Shown: positions 45,662 through 56,617 of the stretch, in pieces
Layout: every line of letters starts with the position of its first letter
Numbering within the stretch: position 1 is the first letter of the stretch
IMG/VR virus record: IMGVR_UViG_3300032954_000010
Coordinates: 2,453 to 66,452 of that record
Source: a virus
Length of the DNA stretch: 64,000 nucleotides
Reading direction: 5' to 3' (one strand)
Made by a program: the position numbers and the translations under genes
The notes under the pieces: generated by a model
Told to the model about the DNA's origin: nothing
What the model saw: only the letters and a program-made list of their open reading frames with translations
Database searches by the model: none

Positions 45662-46584
45662 TGCCGCTCAATGACTACCTTCAGCAGACGCAGCGCTTTA
45701 TGCGCGAGCAGAAGCAGGATTTCCTCAATCCCGACGATCTCGTGAGTTACATCAACCGCGGGCGGCGCGAGGTGGCCCTGCGCACGCAATGTATCCGCCG
45801 CCTGACGCCTTCGGCCGGAGTGATCACCGGCTACAGCGTGACGGCGCAGGGCTCGGGCTATTCGAACGCGCCGACGCTTGCCGTCAGCGCACCCGACTTT
45901 CCGAATGGCATGCTGCCTTATCCGAACGGCAGTCAGGCGACGGCAAGTGCGACGGTACAGGGCGGCGCGATCACGAATGTCTACAGCGAGTATGGTGGAA
46001 GTGGTTACTTCGAGCCTGAGTTGACGATCACCGACTCGACCGGCTCGGGCGCCGAAGCGACGCCGATTGTATCCGGCATCAATCTGCTCAATCAGGGACA
46101 GGAGCAGTATGCGTTTTCCGACATCGACCTGAGCGGCAATCCGGGTTGCGAGTCGGTCTATTTCGTGCGCGGCATCTCGATTATCTATTCCGGTTATCGC
46201 TACTCGCTGGAGCAGATGGCCTTCACGCGCTACCAGATTTATCGCGCTTATCCGTATCAATATCAGTACACGCCTGCGATTTTCAGCCAGTATGGTCAAG
46301 GCACGGCTGGTTCCTATTTCGTCTACCCGCTGCCTTCGCAAGCGTTGCAGGCCGAGCTTGATTGCCAGTGTCTGCCGTCCGATCTGATCGACAATCAGAG
46401 CTATGAAGCGATTCCCGATCCGTGGACCGATGCGGTGCCGTATTTTGCCGCGCATTTTGCGATGGCCGAAATCGGCAACCTCAATGCCAGCAAGTTCTAT
46501 CTCGAACTCTATGAGAAATTCGCGCTCAGCTATTCGCAGTTTACCCGCATCGGCCGCGCCTTGAACTCCTATGGACGGCCATAA
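45661..46584 (+). CDS. head-tail adaptor-like protein (paralog 2)
   Basis: DLVSYINRGR...QCIR; EAIPDPWTDAVPYFAA. Confidence 0.6.
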   Translation: MPLNDYLQQTQRFMREQKQDFLNPDDLVSYINRGRREVALRTQCIRRLTPSAGVITGYSVTAQGSGYSNAPTLAVSAPDFPNGMLPYPNGSQATASATVQGGAITNVYSEYGGSGYFEPELTITDSTGSGAEATPIVSGINLLNQGQEQYAFSDIDLSGNPGCESVYFVRGISIIYSGYRYSLEQMAFTRYQIYRAYPYQYQYTPAIFSQYGQGTAGSYFVYPLPSQALQAELDCQCLPSDLIDNQSYEAIPDPWTDAVPYFAAHFAMAEIGNLNASKFYLELYEKFALSYSQFTRIGRALNSYGRP

Positions 46585-48638
46585 TGGGCGACAAATTCAA
46601 AGTTGATCCTGCCTCGCCCGAACAGGGCAATCCCTATTTGCCGACCGGCCCTAACCAGCCGCTGGTGATGGAGGAGTTCAATGGCATCAACACCTCGACA
46701 ACCCGTCCCGGCGTCGACGAAAAGCAGATGTGGTGGTGCGACGGCTTCATGCCGCTCGGGCGCATGTTCCTGCGCACCATGTACGGCATTGGGCCGCCGC
46801 TATGGACGCGCCCGCCCGGCGGATCGATCGCCTTTTTCGATTTCGCCAATATCGGTCCCGTGCCGATCATGGTCGGCGTCCATGCCGATGGCGGCGTATG
46901 GCAGATCAACACGGCGACTGGTGCTGCCGTGCATTTCCTGCCCGATGGCACAATCCTGCAACCCACGCGCACGACGATGGGCATCAGCCAGTGGGGCTCG
47001 CAATACGTCCTGATCGTCGCGCAGCAGACAAACGGCTATTTCATCTGGGATGGCGCTGTCGCTTATCAGGCCGGCACTCTTGCGCCCAATGTCACGATCA
47101 CCAATGTCGGTGACGGTTATACCTCGGCGCCGACCGTCACCGCTTACGGCGGCAGCGGCACGGGCGCTTCATTCCTGGCAACCGTCGCCAACGGTGAAGT
47201 GACGGGTATCACCGTCACCAATGCCGGGATGGGCTATATCGCGACCGATGTCATCGGGCTTGCTTTTTCCGGCGGCGGCATTTCGGACAAGACGGCCATC
47301 CTGCAACCGGTCATTTCCGGCGGCACGATATCGTCGGTCTCGGTAGTCAATCACGGTGCCGGTTATGTCAGCGCTATTGCCGTTGTGGAGGGCGGCGGTG
47401 GTTCGGGTGGCTCGCTGACGCTTGGCGTGTCGAGCGGCACCATCTCGTCGGTGACAATCTCCGCGCCCGGCGCGGGTTACGTCACGGCGCCGACCGTTCT
47501 GGTCAACGATGCTGCCAATCCGGTGGCGTCGGCGACCGCCAACCTGATGCCGTTCGGCATTTCCGGCAACTCGATCGAGACCTATTCGGGTCGCGTGTGG
47601 ATTTCCAACGGTCCGACAGTGACGTGGAGCGCGCCCGGCTCGTTCTCAGACTTCTCTAGCGCCAGCGGCGGCGGCAATTTTACATCGTCCGACAGTTTCC
47701 TGCGCGTCGGCTATACGCAGCTCAGACAGACTAATGGCTTCCTTTATCTCATCGGCGACTCGTCGGTGAATTACATTTCCGGCGTACAGACTTCAGGCTC
47801 GCCGCTGGTGACGACATTCACCAACCAGAACGCCGACCCGGAAGTGGGCACGCCCTGGCCGGGCACCGTCGATGTGTTCGGCCGCAATATCCTGTTCGCC
47901 AATGCCTTCGGCGCGCATGTCAGTTATGGTGCGGCGGTCACCAAGATCAGCGAGGCGCTTGATGGCGTCTATAACACGGTGCCTAATTTCGCCGCACTGA
48001 CGCCGAGCGCGGCCAAGGCGATCATCTTCGGCAAGAAGGTCTGGATGTTGCTGCTGCCGATCATCGATCCGGTGAGCGGCGAGCAGCGCAACAAACTGTT
48101 CATGTGGAACGGCAAGATTTGGTGGTCGTCGCCGCAGGATGTCGAACTGGTTTTCGTGCAGCATCAGGAGATCAACTCGGTCATCACCGCCTATGGTACG
48201 GACGGCAATGCCGTGTACCCGCTGTTTTCGCAGCCCTCGACCGCATTCCAGAAGATCGTGCAGTCCAAGATGTGGGCAACGCCGGTCGGCTATCAGATGA
48301 CCAAGGCGACCAACCGCTTCTGGGGCCTGTTTCAGTATTTCAGCGCCAACAGTCCCGATGTCACCATCGACATCGACAGCGAGAACGACTCCGACGAGCA
48401 TATTATCACGTCGGGACCGCCGGATTTGATCTGGCGCAACAATTCCAATGGCATTATCTCGTGGCTCAATGCTTCCAACAATCCGATCATCTGGACTCGC
48501 AATGGCTTGGCGGCGGCGGAACCGGAAGCGGTGGCGCAGAACGGCGTGCTGATGGGCATGACGTTGAAAACCAATTCGGATGACATGGCGATCGTGTCGG
48601 CCATGATCGACGCGCAACTCGTAGGATATCGAGGCTGA
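46584..48638 (+). CDS. tail/DNA-stabilisation (nozzle-like) protein
   Basis: 684 aa beta-rich with inserted GxGY-TSAP repeats; podovirus gene order. Confidence 0.6.
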   Translation: MGDKFKVDPASPEQGNPYLPTGPNQPLVMEEFNGINTSTTRPGVDEKQMWWCDGFMPLGRMFLRTMYGIGPPLWTRPPGGSIAFFDFANIGPVPIMVGVHADGGVWQINTATGAAVHFLPDGTILQPTRTTMGISQWGSQYVLIVAQQTNGYFIWDGAVAYQAGTLAPNVTITNVGDGYTSAPTVTAYGGSGTGASFLATVANGEVTGITVTNAGMGYIATDVIGLAFSGGGISDKTAILQPVISGGTISSVSVVNHGAGYVSAIAVVEGGGGSGGSLTLGVSSGTISSVTISAPGAGYVTAPTVLVNDAANPVASATANLMPFGISGNSIETYSGRVWISNGPTVTWSAPGSFSDFSSASGGGNFTSSDSFLRVGYTQLRQTNGFLYLIGDSSVNYISGVQTSGSPLVTTFTNQNADPEVGTPWPGTVDVFGRNILFANAFGAHVSYGAAVTKISEALDGVYNTVPNFAALTPSAAKAIIFGKKVWMLLLPIIDPVSGEQRNKLFMWNGKIWWSSPQDVELVFVQHQEINSVITAYGTDGNAVYPLFSQPSTAFQKIVQSKMWATPVGYQMTKATNRFWGLFQYFSANSPDVTIDIDSENDSDEHIITSGPPDLIWRNNSNGIISWLNASNNPIIWTRNGLAAAEPEAVAQNGVLMGMTLKTNSDDMAIVSAMIDAQLVGYRG

Positions 48639-48641
48639 GCA

Positions 48642-49805
48642 ATGGCACTGCCAACCACTTTCGCCAATCTGACGACCGCAACGGGTCAGCAACTCGACAA
48701 CAATTTCCAGGCTGTCGGTGCGCTGGTGACGGTGCAATGCACGGCTGCCGGCACCAATGCCATATCGCTGACGCCTGCCGCCAATGCGCCTGCGGTGACC
48801 GCCTATAATCTGCCTTACCCGGTGAAATTCGGCTTTGTCGGTTTTACGACTTCAACCGGCTCGGTGACCTTGCAGGTCGGCAGCTTGGCTGCGCTGCCCG
48901 TCTATACGCCGGCCGGCGCGCAGGCAGCGGGCGGCGATATTGTGCAGGGATTCTATTACGAGGTGGCCTATGTGGTCGCCAGCACCTACAACTCGGGCAA
49001 TGGCGCTTTTGTCATCACCAATCCACTGCCGCTTGCCGGATCGTCGCCTGTCGATCTTGGCGAAACCCGCGGGTTAATAGTCACCAATAACGCTAGCACG
49101 CCCAACACCAAGATCGATATCACGGCCAGCCGGGCGATCATGGTGACAAGCGCCGGCCTGCCTGTTTTTGCCAGCAGCGTCTCCGTCACGATCGATCTGA
49201 CGACGACAGGTGCGAACGGCATGGACACCGGATCGCGGCCGACCAGCGGCTGGGTCTACAATTATTTGATCTCGACCGGGCTTGTGACGGCTGGATTGGC
49301 TACCGCAACGTCGCCAACCTCGGGCGGCCCGACGATGCCGACCGGATACAACTATGCCTGCTATGTCGGTGCCATGTATTGCGACAGTTCGCAGAATTTG
49401 AAACGCAGCCGGCAGGACGGCGACGCGGCACAATATATAGTGACATCCGCAACCAATACGGCGGCAGCACCGAATATTGCCAATGGGACCGCCGGATCAT
49501 ATTCAGCGACCACGCCAACTTATGCCAGCGTATCGGTTTCTGCCTTTGTACCGGCAACGACTAAATCTATTCGGATCATTGCCACAACAAGATGGAATAA
49601 CGGTTCGATTGCGCACGTACTTGTTGCGCCAAACACGTCGTATAGCGGCAACGTTTCGACCAATTTTCCGCCGTTGACGCTCGATACCGAGAACACGAGC
49701 GGAGAAGCCATATTTTTGGTGGAAGCGGCTGCCATTGCGTGGGTATCGGACGCGGCAGGCGGTGGAATATCGTGCCTTGGCTGGACCGACTACTATTCGA
49801 GATGA
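48642..49805 (+). CDS. tail fibre-like protein
   Basis: QLDNNF N terminus; GANGMDTGS...PTMPTGY fibre motif. Confidence 0.7.
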   Translation: MALPTTFANLTTATGQQLDNNFQAVGALVTVQCTAAGTNAISLTPAANAPAVTAYNLPYPVKFGFVGFTTSTGSVTLQVGSLAALPVYTPAGAQAAGGDIVQGFYYEVAYVVASTYNSGNGAFVITNPLPLAGSSPVDLGETRGLIVTNNASTPNTKIDITASRAIMVTSAGLPVFASSVSVTIDLTTTGANGMDTGSRPTSGWVYNYLISTGLVTAGLATATSPTSGGPTMPTGYNYACYVGAMYCDSSQNLKRSRQDGDAAQYIVTSATNTAAAPNIANGTAGSYSATTPTYASVSVSAFVPATTKSIRIIATTRWNNGSIAHVLVAPNTSYSGNVSTNFPPLTLDTENTSGEAIFLVEAAAIAWVSDAAGGGISCLGWTDYYSR

Positions 49806-50149
49806 GCATGAGCGCGATTGCTGCCCTGTTCAACGTGCCGTCGACGGAAGGTGAACTGAACGAGTGGTCGTTCGCGCACGCCGCGCACCACATCGACATT
49901 AACCGGCTTATCTACCAGAAGACCGGCGCGGTATTGCAATCCTACGTGCTCGACCCGTTCGATCCCGACAACGCGGGGGTTTGGCTCTATCAGCATCAAT
50001 TGATGCACCAGGCGTTCGATCAGTTGCTCGGCATTTCCGGCTACGACTTGCTGGATGTCGATTTGAAGGATAGAAATGAATTTGCCGGCTGGATATGGTT
50101 GAATGCCCAGGAGCATTACCAGGCCGCCAATACGTTGGAGCTAGGCTAA
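49802..50149 (+). CDS. hypothetical protein
   Basis: His/Trp-rich ORF in tail operon. Confidence 0.65.
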   Translation: MSMSAIAALFNVPSTEGELNEWSFAHAAHHIDINRLIYQKTGAVLQSYVLDPFDPDNAGVWLYQHQLMHQAFDQLLGISGYDLLDVDLKDRNEFAGWIWLNAQEHYQAANTLELG

Positions 50150-50610
50150 TGGCTGAACCCGCCTTGAAACTCGTCTCTCCCGCCCCCGTCATCCGCAAAT
50201 TCGACACCGCCGATCTGTCGAAGCACGGCGGTTGGATCATTCCGCGCATGATGAAAAGCTTCCCGCATCTCAACGAGCGCGGCGCGGCGACGTTCCTGCA
50301 AAACATCAACTACAACAACGAGTATCTGTTTCTCTACAGCGAGACCGGCGTTGCCGTGGCACAAGTCATGTCGGCGCACTCGCTCGATATGAGTCCGATC
50401 GTCTACGAGCGCTTTGTCTGGGTCGAGGATCGCGAGAACCAGGGACAGATCAAGGTCGCGGCGGAGTTCTATACCGAGTTCTACCGCTGGGCCAAGACGC
50501 TCGGCGCGACCGTTATCATCGTCGAGGAAAATACCGATGTGCCGCACGATATGATCAAGGAAAAACTGGGGCGCATTTTCACAAGACAGCAGCAGTTCGC
50601 CCGCACATGA
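50149..50610 (+). CDS. GNAT-fold-like virion assembly protein
   Basis: IRKFDTADL...WAKTLGA; position before ejection proteins. Confidence 0.5.
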   Translation: MAEPALKLVSPAPVIRKFDTADLSKHGGWIIPRMMKSFPHLNERGAATFLQNINYNNEYLFLYSETGVAVAQVMSAHSLDMSPIVYERFVWVEDRENQGQIKVAAEFYTEFYRWAKTLGATVIIVEENTDVPHDMIKEKLGRIFTRQQQFART

Positions 50611-51098
50611 GAGAAGACCTGCATGGCGACGTGAAGCCGCGCGAATTTGCTCCGCGAATATCGCATATCCGCGTCTGCACGGCGGCCGATATCGACTGGC
50701 TGATGGAGCTTGCCAAGACGCGATATGAAGCGGCCGACTATGACGAAGCGGCGGTGCGCGCATGGCTATTGGAGCGTTTCAACGAGCCGACGATGGTATT
50801 CATGCGGGGCAAGCACTCGTTCGGCTGCTGCAATCTGGCCCGACGTTATATGGCGCCCAATCGCTTGCAGGCATATTTGACGGTATTGGCATCCTACCCG
50901 GTCAATCACCTGTCGCTCGAACCGCTGCGCATCGGCGAAGCGCTATGCGACTGGGCGCGCAGCAAGGGTGCCTCCAAATTCTGGTTTTCGGACGTGACCG
51001 GCAACGATCTAGCGCCGCTGGTGACGCGGCTCAACGGGCGTTTTGCCGGGCGCAATTATGTGGTAGATTTGGACGATAAATCAGGCCGCTACGGCTGA
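50607..51098 (+). CDS. GNAT-fold-like protein
   Basis: IRVCTAADIDWL...WARSKGA. Confidence 0.5.
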   Translation: MREDLHGDVKPREFAPRISHIRVCTAADIDWLMELAKTRYEAADYDEAAVRAWLLERFNEPTMVFMRGKHSFGCCNLARRYMAPNRLQAYLTVLASYPVNHLSLEPLRIGEALCDWARSKGASKFWFSDVTGNDLAPLVTRLNGRFAGRNYVVDLDDKSGRYG

Positions 51099-51110
51099 CA
51101 GGAGTACATC

Positions 51111-52208
51111 ATGGGCGTCGATCCCATCAGTCTCGGCGTGGAAGGCGAGGCCGCATCTAAGGCAGCGCCCGCGCTCGCAGGAGGTGCCAAGGGTGCCGAA
51201 ACGGCCGGCGGCGTGGGCGCGGGCCTGGCGGGTGCAGCCGACGTGCTGGCGCCGGCTACGGGCGTTGGCGCGGCAACCGGCGCTGGGGCTTTGACCGGCC
51301 TGGATGCCTTGGCGGCCGGCCTGACGCCTTCCGGCGGCTCGTTCGTCGGCCTTCCCGATGTGGCCAGCGCCGCGACGGGGGCCGAAGCAGGAGCGGCGGG
51401 GGGTGCTCTCGCGGCCCCGACCGGGCCTGCACCCGCCGCCCCGACCGCAGCGGCTGTTGCCCCTCCACCGGGCGTTTCCTCGCCGCTGGGGGTCGATCCG
51501 ACCGCCGCGCTTGGCGCCAATGCCCCCAGCCCGCTTGACACGGCCGCCTATCCGGCAGGACCGATCGGAGCGCCGGGCACCGCCGCGGCAACGCCCGTTG
51601 CGGGGGCAGCGCCTAGCGGCAGCACCGGTTTTCTCGATACGCTGCAAAGCTCCCTGGCACCGAGCAAGTTGGCGGCCGGCATCGGCGAGTCGGTTGCCAA
51701 GAACCCGCTCGGCTTGGCGCTCGCGGCCGGCGGGCTCGGCTACAACGTCTTACAAGGCCAAAAACAGTCAGATGCCGTCAAGGCGCTGCAATCGGAAGCG
51801 CAGCAGCAGGGCGCGACCGGCGCGCAACTGGAAGGCTACCTGACCAGCGGTACGCTGCCGCCAGGCTTGCAGCAAAGCGTCGATCTAGCGGTCAAGAATG
51901 CCAAGGCATCGGCCATCTCCAACATGGCGTCGCAGGGCCTGTCGACCGACCCGAAGAAGAACACGGCACTGGCCGCCGAGCTGGCGGCGATCGACCAGCA
52001 AGTGCCGATCCTCACCGCGCAGATCGGCGAGCAACTGCTGCAATCGGGGCAGGCGGCGAGCGGCCTTGCCAGCAATCTCTATACGTCGCTGGCCAATATC
52101 GACCAGACGCAGACCGCCGCGATCGGCAAGTCCATCGCCGCGATGGCGGCGGCGCTGTCCGGCAAGCAGCAAATCCCCGGCACCAATATCTCCGTCAGCA
52201 CCGGTTAA
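51111..52208 (+). CDS. DNA ejection/internal virion protein
   Basis: Ala/Gly-rich, MGVDP start, podovirus position. Confidence 0.6.
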   Translation: MGVDPISLGVEGEAASKAAPALAGGAKGAETAGGVGAGLAGAADVLAPATGVGAATGAGALTGLDALAAGLTPSGGSFVGLPDVASAATGAEAGAAGGALAAPTGPAPAAPTAAAVAPPPGVSSPLGVDPTAALGANAPSPLDTAAYPAGPIGAPGTAAATPVAGAAPSGSTGFLDTLQSSLAPSKLAAGIGESVAKNPLGLALAAGGLGYNVLQGQKQSDAVKALQSEAQQQGATGAQLEGYLTSGTLPPGLQQSVDLAVKNAKASAISNMASQGLSTDPKKNTALAAELAAIDQQVPILTAQIGEQLLQSGQAASGLASNLYTSLANIDQTQTAAIGKSIAAMAAALSGKQQIPGTNISVSTG

Positions 52209-52211
52209 GAT

Positions 52212-53753
52212 ATGGCCGAAACGGCAGTTGCCCGCGTCGATCCCAACCCTTACGCCGGGCTGGGCTTCGACGATTCGAAGATGAAGGAAGTGACGGGCAA
52301 ACTTGCCGACATCAAGCGGCAGGAGATCGCCGCCGACAGCCGCATCGCCGGGCAACTGGGCGGCCTGACCAGCAAGGCGATGCCCAGGCTGGAGGAGATG
52401 TCGCGCAACGCAGGCGTCGAGGCGGAAAAGCTCAAGCCCTGGGATGCCGAGCACGAGGCGGCCAAGCGGCAGACCGACCCTATCGAAGCGTTTGGCTCGC
52501 TCGGCTCTGTCTTCGGTATCCTTGCGTCGGCTTTTACTCATGCTCCGATGGAGAACGCGCTGAATGCATCGGCGGCGGCAATCAATGCCATTAAGGCCGG
52601 CAATGCCGAGGACTACAATCGTGCCTACAAGGCGTGGGAGGCCAATACCAAACAGGCGCTGGAGCGGCATCAGATCGAGCACGCGGCGTTCGAGGATGCC
52701 GTGACGCTGCTCAAGACCAACATGGAAGCGGGCATGAACCAGATGCGGCTCAATGCCGTGCGCTTCGGCAACCAGAAGGACCTGGCATTACTTGAAGCGG
52801 GCATGAGCAAGGAACTGTTCGAGTATAAGGCATCGCAGCAGAAAGTGGCGCTCGAATTGCAGGAGGCAATGCCCAAGATCACGGAAGCCAACGCCGAGAT
52901 GGCACATCTGTTCTCGCTTGGCTACGATCCAAAAAACCCGCAATCCGAGCAAAGTCAGAAGGCATTCATCGAGTTTAAGAAGTGGCAGGCCGAGCAAAAA
53001 CTGGCCGAACGCGGTGTCACCTCGCTCAGCAAGGAAGACGCGATGGAGGTTGCCCGGCGCGCGGCAGTCTACGAAGCCGAGGGCATGGATCACGCGGCGG
53101 CCTTCGACAAGGCGCGTTCCGAGATCGCGATGGCGGCCAAGAAAGGCAGCAGCCGCGTTGCCAAGCCCGAGGAGGAAGCAACCCGCATCCGCGCCGAAGA
53201 ATTGCTCAAAGCCAATCCCGGCATGTCCAAGGCAACGGCCTTGGAGCAGGCGGCGCACGAGTTCAAGGTCAAGACGGCGGCGCCGAGCGGCAATCGCATG
53301 GACGATCTCAAATCGCGCGAGAACAAGATCGACGTGATCGAGACCAATATCGACCATCTCGACGAGATGCTGTTGAAGCATCATGCCATCGCCGGCATCG
53401 GCGGCAAGATCACGCGCACGAGCGAAGCGATCGGCAATATTCTCGGGTCGAGCGCAACGGATCGCGCGCAGTTCCGCCGCTGGATACTGGAGATTCAGGA
53501 AACGCTACCGTCCGTGCTCAACGACCGCTCGGGGCGGCCGATCTCGTCGGAAGCCGAGAAGATCGAGGGCATCGTCGCGGGTCTTGCGGCCGGCGATACC
53601 AACGCCAATACGCTGCGCGCCTATGACGAGTTGCGCCCGCTCCTGAAAACGCTCAAGAAGCAGTTGCGCGAACGGCGCGGCGAGGCGTTCGAAGGCGACG
53701 GCAAATCGGCCGCGCCCAAGGCGCCGTGGGAACATGATCCGATAGCACAATGA
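52212..53753 (+). CDS. DNA ejection/internal virion protein
   Basis: 513 aa helical; ends APWEHDP. Confidence 0.6.
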   Translation: MAETAVARVDPNPYAGLGFDDSKMKEVTGKLADIKRQEIAADSRIAGQLGGLTSKAMPRLEEMSRNAGVEAEKLKPWDAEHEAAKRQTDPIEAFGSLGSVFGILASAFTHAPMENALNASAAAINAIKAGNAEDYNRAYKAWEANTKQALERHQIEHAAFEDAVTLLKTNMEAGMNQMRLNAVRFGNQKDLALLEAGMSKELFEYKASQQKVALELQEAMPKITEANAEMAHLFSLGYDPKNPQSEQSQKAFIEFKKWQAEQKLAERGVTSLSKEDAMEVARRAAVYEAEGMDHAAAFDKARSEIAMAAKKGSSRVAKPEEEATRIRAEELLKANPGMSKATALEQAAHEFKVKTAAPSGNRMDDLKSRENKIDVIETNIDHLDEMLLKHHAIAGIGGKITRTSEAIGNILGSSATDRAQFRRWILEIQETLPSVLNDRSGRPISSEAEKIEGIVAGLAAGDTNANTLRAYDELRPLLKTLKKQLRERRGEAFEGDGKSAAPKAPWEHDPIAQ

Positions 53754-56617
53754 GCGATGTCGGCTACATTGGTTTTGACCAGCCTGCCAAGGACTTGACG
53801 CCAACGGTCAAGGACGAGGCCGGTTACGAGAAAGTGCCGGCCGGGGCCAAGTATTATGATCCCGAGGGCAAGACCCGTTTCAAGCCAATCAAGAACGATG
53901 CCGACTACCGGGCGATCCCGGAAGGCGCGCAATATGCCGATCCCAACGGCACAATCCGGCAAAAACCCAAGTTCGAGGGCATCGATTTCACGGCACAGAC
54001 GCTCTACGACATGAGCATCACGCCGACTGAAAAACGCAAGGCGCTGGAACGTACCTATCCCGGCAAGGTCAAGGAAGACCAGGAAGGTCTGTACGTCGAG
54101 GACAACGGTAAATTCCGTCGTCCCGGCCGTGGGATGTCGGCGGTAACCGGCTTTGCGGCGGAGGCTGCCGGGCCGACGGTTGGTGCGGTGCTCGGTGCGC
54201 TTGGCACGCGCAGTCCGATCGGCGGTGCCGGCGGCGCGATGCTGGGACAGACCTTCAACGATGTCGTGTTGCAGTTGTCCGGCATCTATGATCGCACGCT
54301 GCCCGAGGAGGCGGCCAACATGGCGCTGGCCGGCATGGGTGCGCTTGTTGGCACGGGCGTCGGGCGCGGCATCGCGACAATGGTGCCCGCGGCCAAGGCA
54401 GGCGTATCGAGCGTGACTGCCGCGCTGCCTTCGCTGGCTGCCAAGTTCCTCGGCGCCGCGCCGCAAGAAACAAGAATGGCGCGGGAACTCGCCGAGAAAG
54501 GCGTGCAAGTTCCGCCCTCGGCCTGGGCACATGAGGCGCCGCACTTGCAAAACATTGTCGAGGTGTTTGATCCGGCGTTCCGCACCAACAAGCCGTTGCG
54601 CGAGTCGGCGGCCGAGCATTACGAAAAAAGTGCAACGAAAGTGCTCGACGATCTCGGCGTAAAGCGCGAGGAGTCGTTGCTGACGCCCAAGACCGCGGTG
54701 CCGACGATCCCGGCCGGCGAAAAGATCATGCAGCGCACGCTGGCTGAGTCGGCCGCCGCCGATCAGGCATTGAAAACTGCTCTGGAAAAGCGCGCCGCCG
54801 ACCTGCAAGCCGGCCTGCCGGAAAAGATGGCGCAGCGTGAGGCGCTGACCAATGCCGCCGAGGCATCGCGCGTGCAGGCGCAAAAACTGATCGACGAGAG
54901 TTTCAAATCCATTCAGGTGGAAGCTGACCACGCCATGAAAGTGGCGGAAGCGGGTGCCAATACCGGTGAGCTATGGGAGCGCATCGGGCAGAAACTGGCG
55001 CTGGTGCGGCATGGTATCGGCGAACGCGCGCGCTACTGGTATGATCGTTATAATCAAATGACGGCAGGACACACCGTTAGCAGTCAAGAATTGGCCGATA
55101 GCGCACAGCAGATGCTCGACGAGTTGCCTGCGGAGTTCAAGGCGCGTAACCCCGCGCTTGTACAAAAACTTGCAAAACTTGGCGGACAAAAAGATGAAAC
55201 TGTTGAAATTTCACGCTTTGGCGGTGAAGCTTACAACCCGGAACTTAAAGCCGCCGAACAATTGACTTACGGAGAACTGCACAATCTTCGTTCCCTGTTC
55301 CGTGGCTCAGCCGATTGGTATACGCTTTCGTCGGATTTCAAGAATGGCGCACTAAAGCGATTTTCCAAGGAAATCGATCGTCTCATTCACGATCCAGACG
55401 CGCCCGAGCAAATTAAAATTGCCGGGCAGTTCCTTGATAAAGTCGACAAATGGTACGGCCACAATATCTCGATCTTCGAGGCACAGCAGATCAAGGCCAT
55501 CATGAAGGGACTGGAGGCGGGCGAGCCAGCCGATCCCAAGAATCTCTACAAGGCGCTGATCAAGGAAGGCCACAGCGATCTCATCCGTCGCGTCAAGGAT
55601 ATGGTCGGCCCCAATTTGTGGTCCGGCGTCAAGGCGGCCGATACGCAAGCGATGCTGGATGCTTCCAAGAGCCTGACGCCCGGCGAAATCGACGCGCGCA
55701 AGTTTGCCCGCGAGGTGCTTGAGCGTTATCGCAGTAACACGCTCGAAATCGTGCATGGCAAGGAAGCATCGGAAAAACTGCTGGCGCAAGCCCGCGCCAT
55801 CGAGCAATTGGACGGCCGCCTGCCGATCCCGGCAAAGTCCGACGACACCATGACGCAGGTCATCGCGCGAGCACGGCTTGCCGCCGACGAGGCCAAGGCC
55901 GCGGGCGCCAAGGACCCGCTCGGCACGCTGAACAAGGAAATGAAGAAAATCAAGGCTGAGCACTCGCGCGAACTGGCGAAGACGCGCGCCGAGCGCCGCA
56001 ATGATCCGCTTGGTTTCCTTTATGACCCGACAACCGGCGCATCCGAGGCGGTCAACAAGATACTGGGCGATGAGGACCTGATTCTCGCCGCTGCCGCGCG
56101 TTTTGGCGACAAGAGCCCAGAGTTCAACATGCTGCGGCAAGTCTATGCGCAGCGCGTTCTGGAAAACACGCTGCGACCGAGTACCAAACTGGAGAAGATC
56201 GCGCCGGAAGTGCAGCAACTGATGTTCTCCGGCACGACGCTGCATCAGCTCCAGGTGCTTGCCAAGGAGATGGATTTCCTGATGACGCGGCGTGGTATGG
56301 CGCAGTCCACGGCGGGTGGCATGTCGGCGATGGCCAAGGTGGAGCATCCGACGACCAATATTCCCGTGGCTCGCGGCATCGTCAAATTCGTGCCGGGCTT
56401 GAACCCGGCTATGCGCTTTGTTCACGGCAAGTTCTATCAACTGATTACCGATCTCATTACCTCGCCAACAACGTTGCGCTGGATCGAGAAGGGATTAACT
56501 TCCGGCACGCCGGAAGAACAGGCTGCGGTGCGCGCCATCCTGCAAAAGCACTTGCAGCGCGGCGCCGCGATGGGTGCCGGCGCGGGCGAAGCGGTCGAAC
56601 AGGGCGGTATCGAATGA
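53750..56617 (+). CDS. large DNA ejection/internal virion protein
   Basis: 955 aa helical with Gly-rich hydrophobic segments. Confidence 0.65.
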   Translation: MSDVGYIGFDQPAKDLTPTVKDEAGYEKVPAGAKYYDPEGKTRFKPIKNDADYRAIPEGAQYADPNGTIRQKPKFEGIDFTAQTLYDMSITPTEKRKALERTYPGKVKEDQEGLYVEDNGKFRRPGRGMSAVTGFAAEAAGPTVGAVLGALGTRSPIGGAGGAMLGQTFNDVVLQLSGIYDRTLPEEAANMALAGMGALVGTGVGRGIATMVPAAKAGVSSVTAALPSLAAKFLGAAPQETRMARELAEKGVQVPPSAWAHEAPHLQNIVEVFDPAFRTNKPLRESAAEHYEKSATKVLDDLGVKREESLLTPKTAVPTIPAGEKIMQRTLAESAAADQALKTALEKRAADLQAGLPEKMAQREALTNAAEASRVQAQKLIDESFKSIQVEADHAMKVAEAGANTGELWERIGQKLALVRHGIGERARYWYDRYNQMTAGHTVSSQELADSAQQMLDELPAEFKARNPALVQKLAKLGGQKDETVEISRFGGEAYNPELKAAEQLTYGELHNLRSLFRGSADWYTLSSDFKNGALKRFSKEIDRLIHDPDAPEQIKIAGQFLDKVDKWYGHNISIFEAQQIKAIMKGLEAGEPADPKNLYKALIKEGHSDLIRRVKDMVGPNLWSGVKAADTQAMLDASKSLTPGEIDARKFAREVLERYRSNTLEIVHGKEASEKLLAQARAIEQLDGRLPIPAKSDDTMTQVIARARLAADEAKAAGAKDPLGTLNKEMKKIKAEHSRELAKTRAERRNDPLGFLYDPTTGASEAVNKILGDEDLILAAAARFGDKSPEFNMLRQVYAQRVLENTLRPSTKLEKIAPEVQQLMFSGTTLHQLQVLAKEMDFLMTRRGMAQSTAGGMSAMAKVEHPTTNIPVARGIVKFVPGLNPAMRFVHGKFYQLITDLITSPTTLRWIEKGLTSGTPEEQAAVRAILQKHLQRGAAMGAGAGEAVEQGGIE

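Noticed and set aside
53621-56440. Long minus-strand ORFs (436 and 362 aa)
   Set aside because: Antisense shadows of the GC-rich ejection protein gene; no recognisable motifs.
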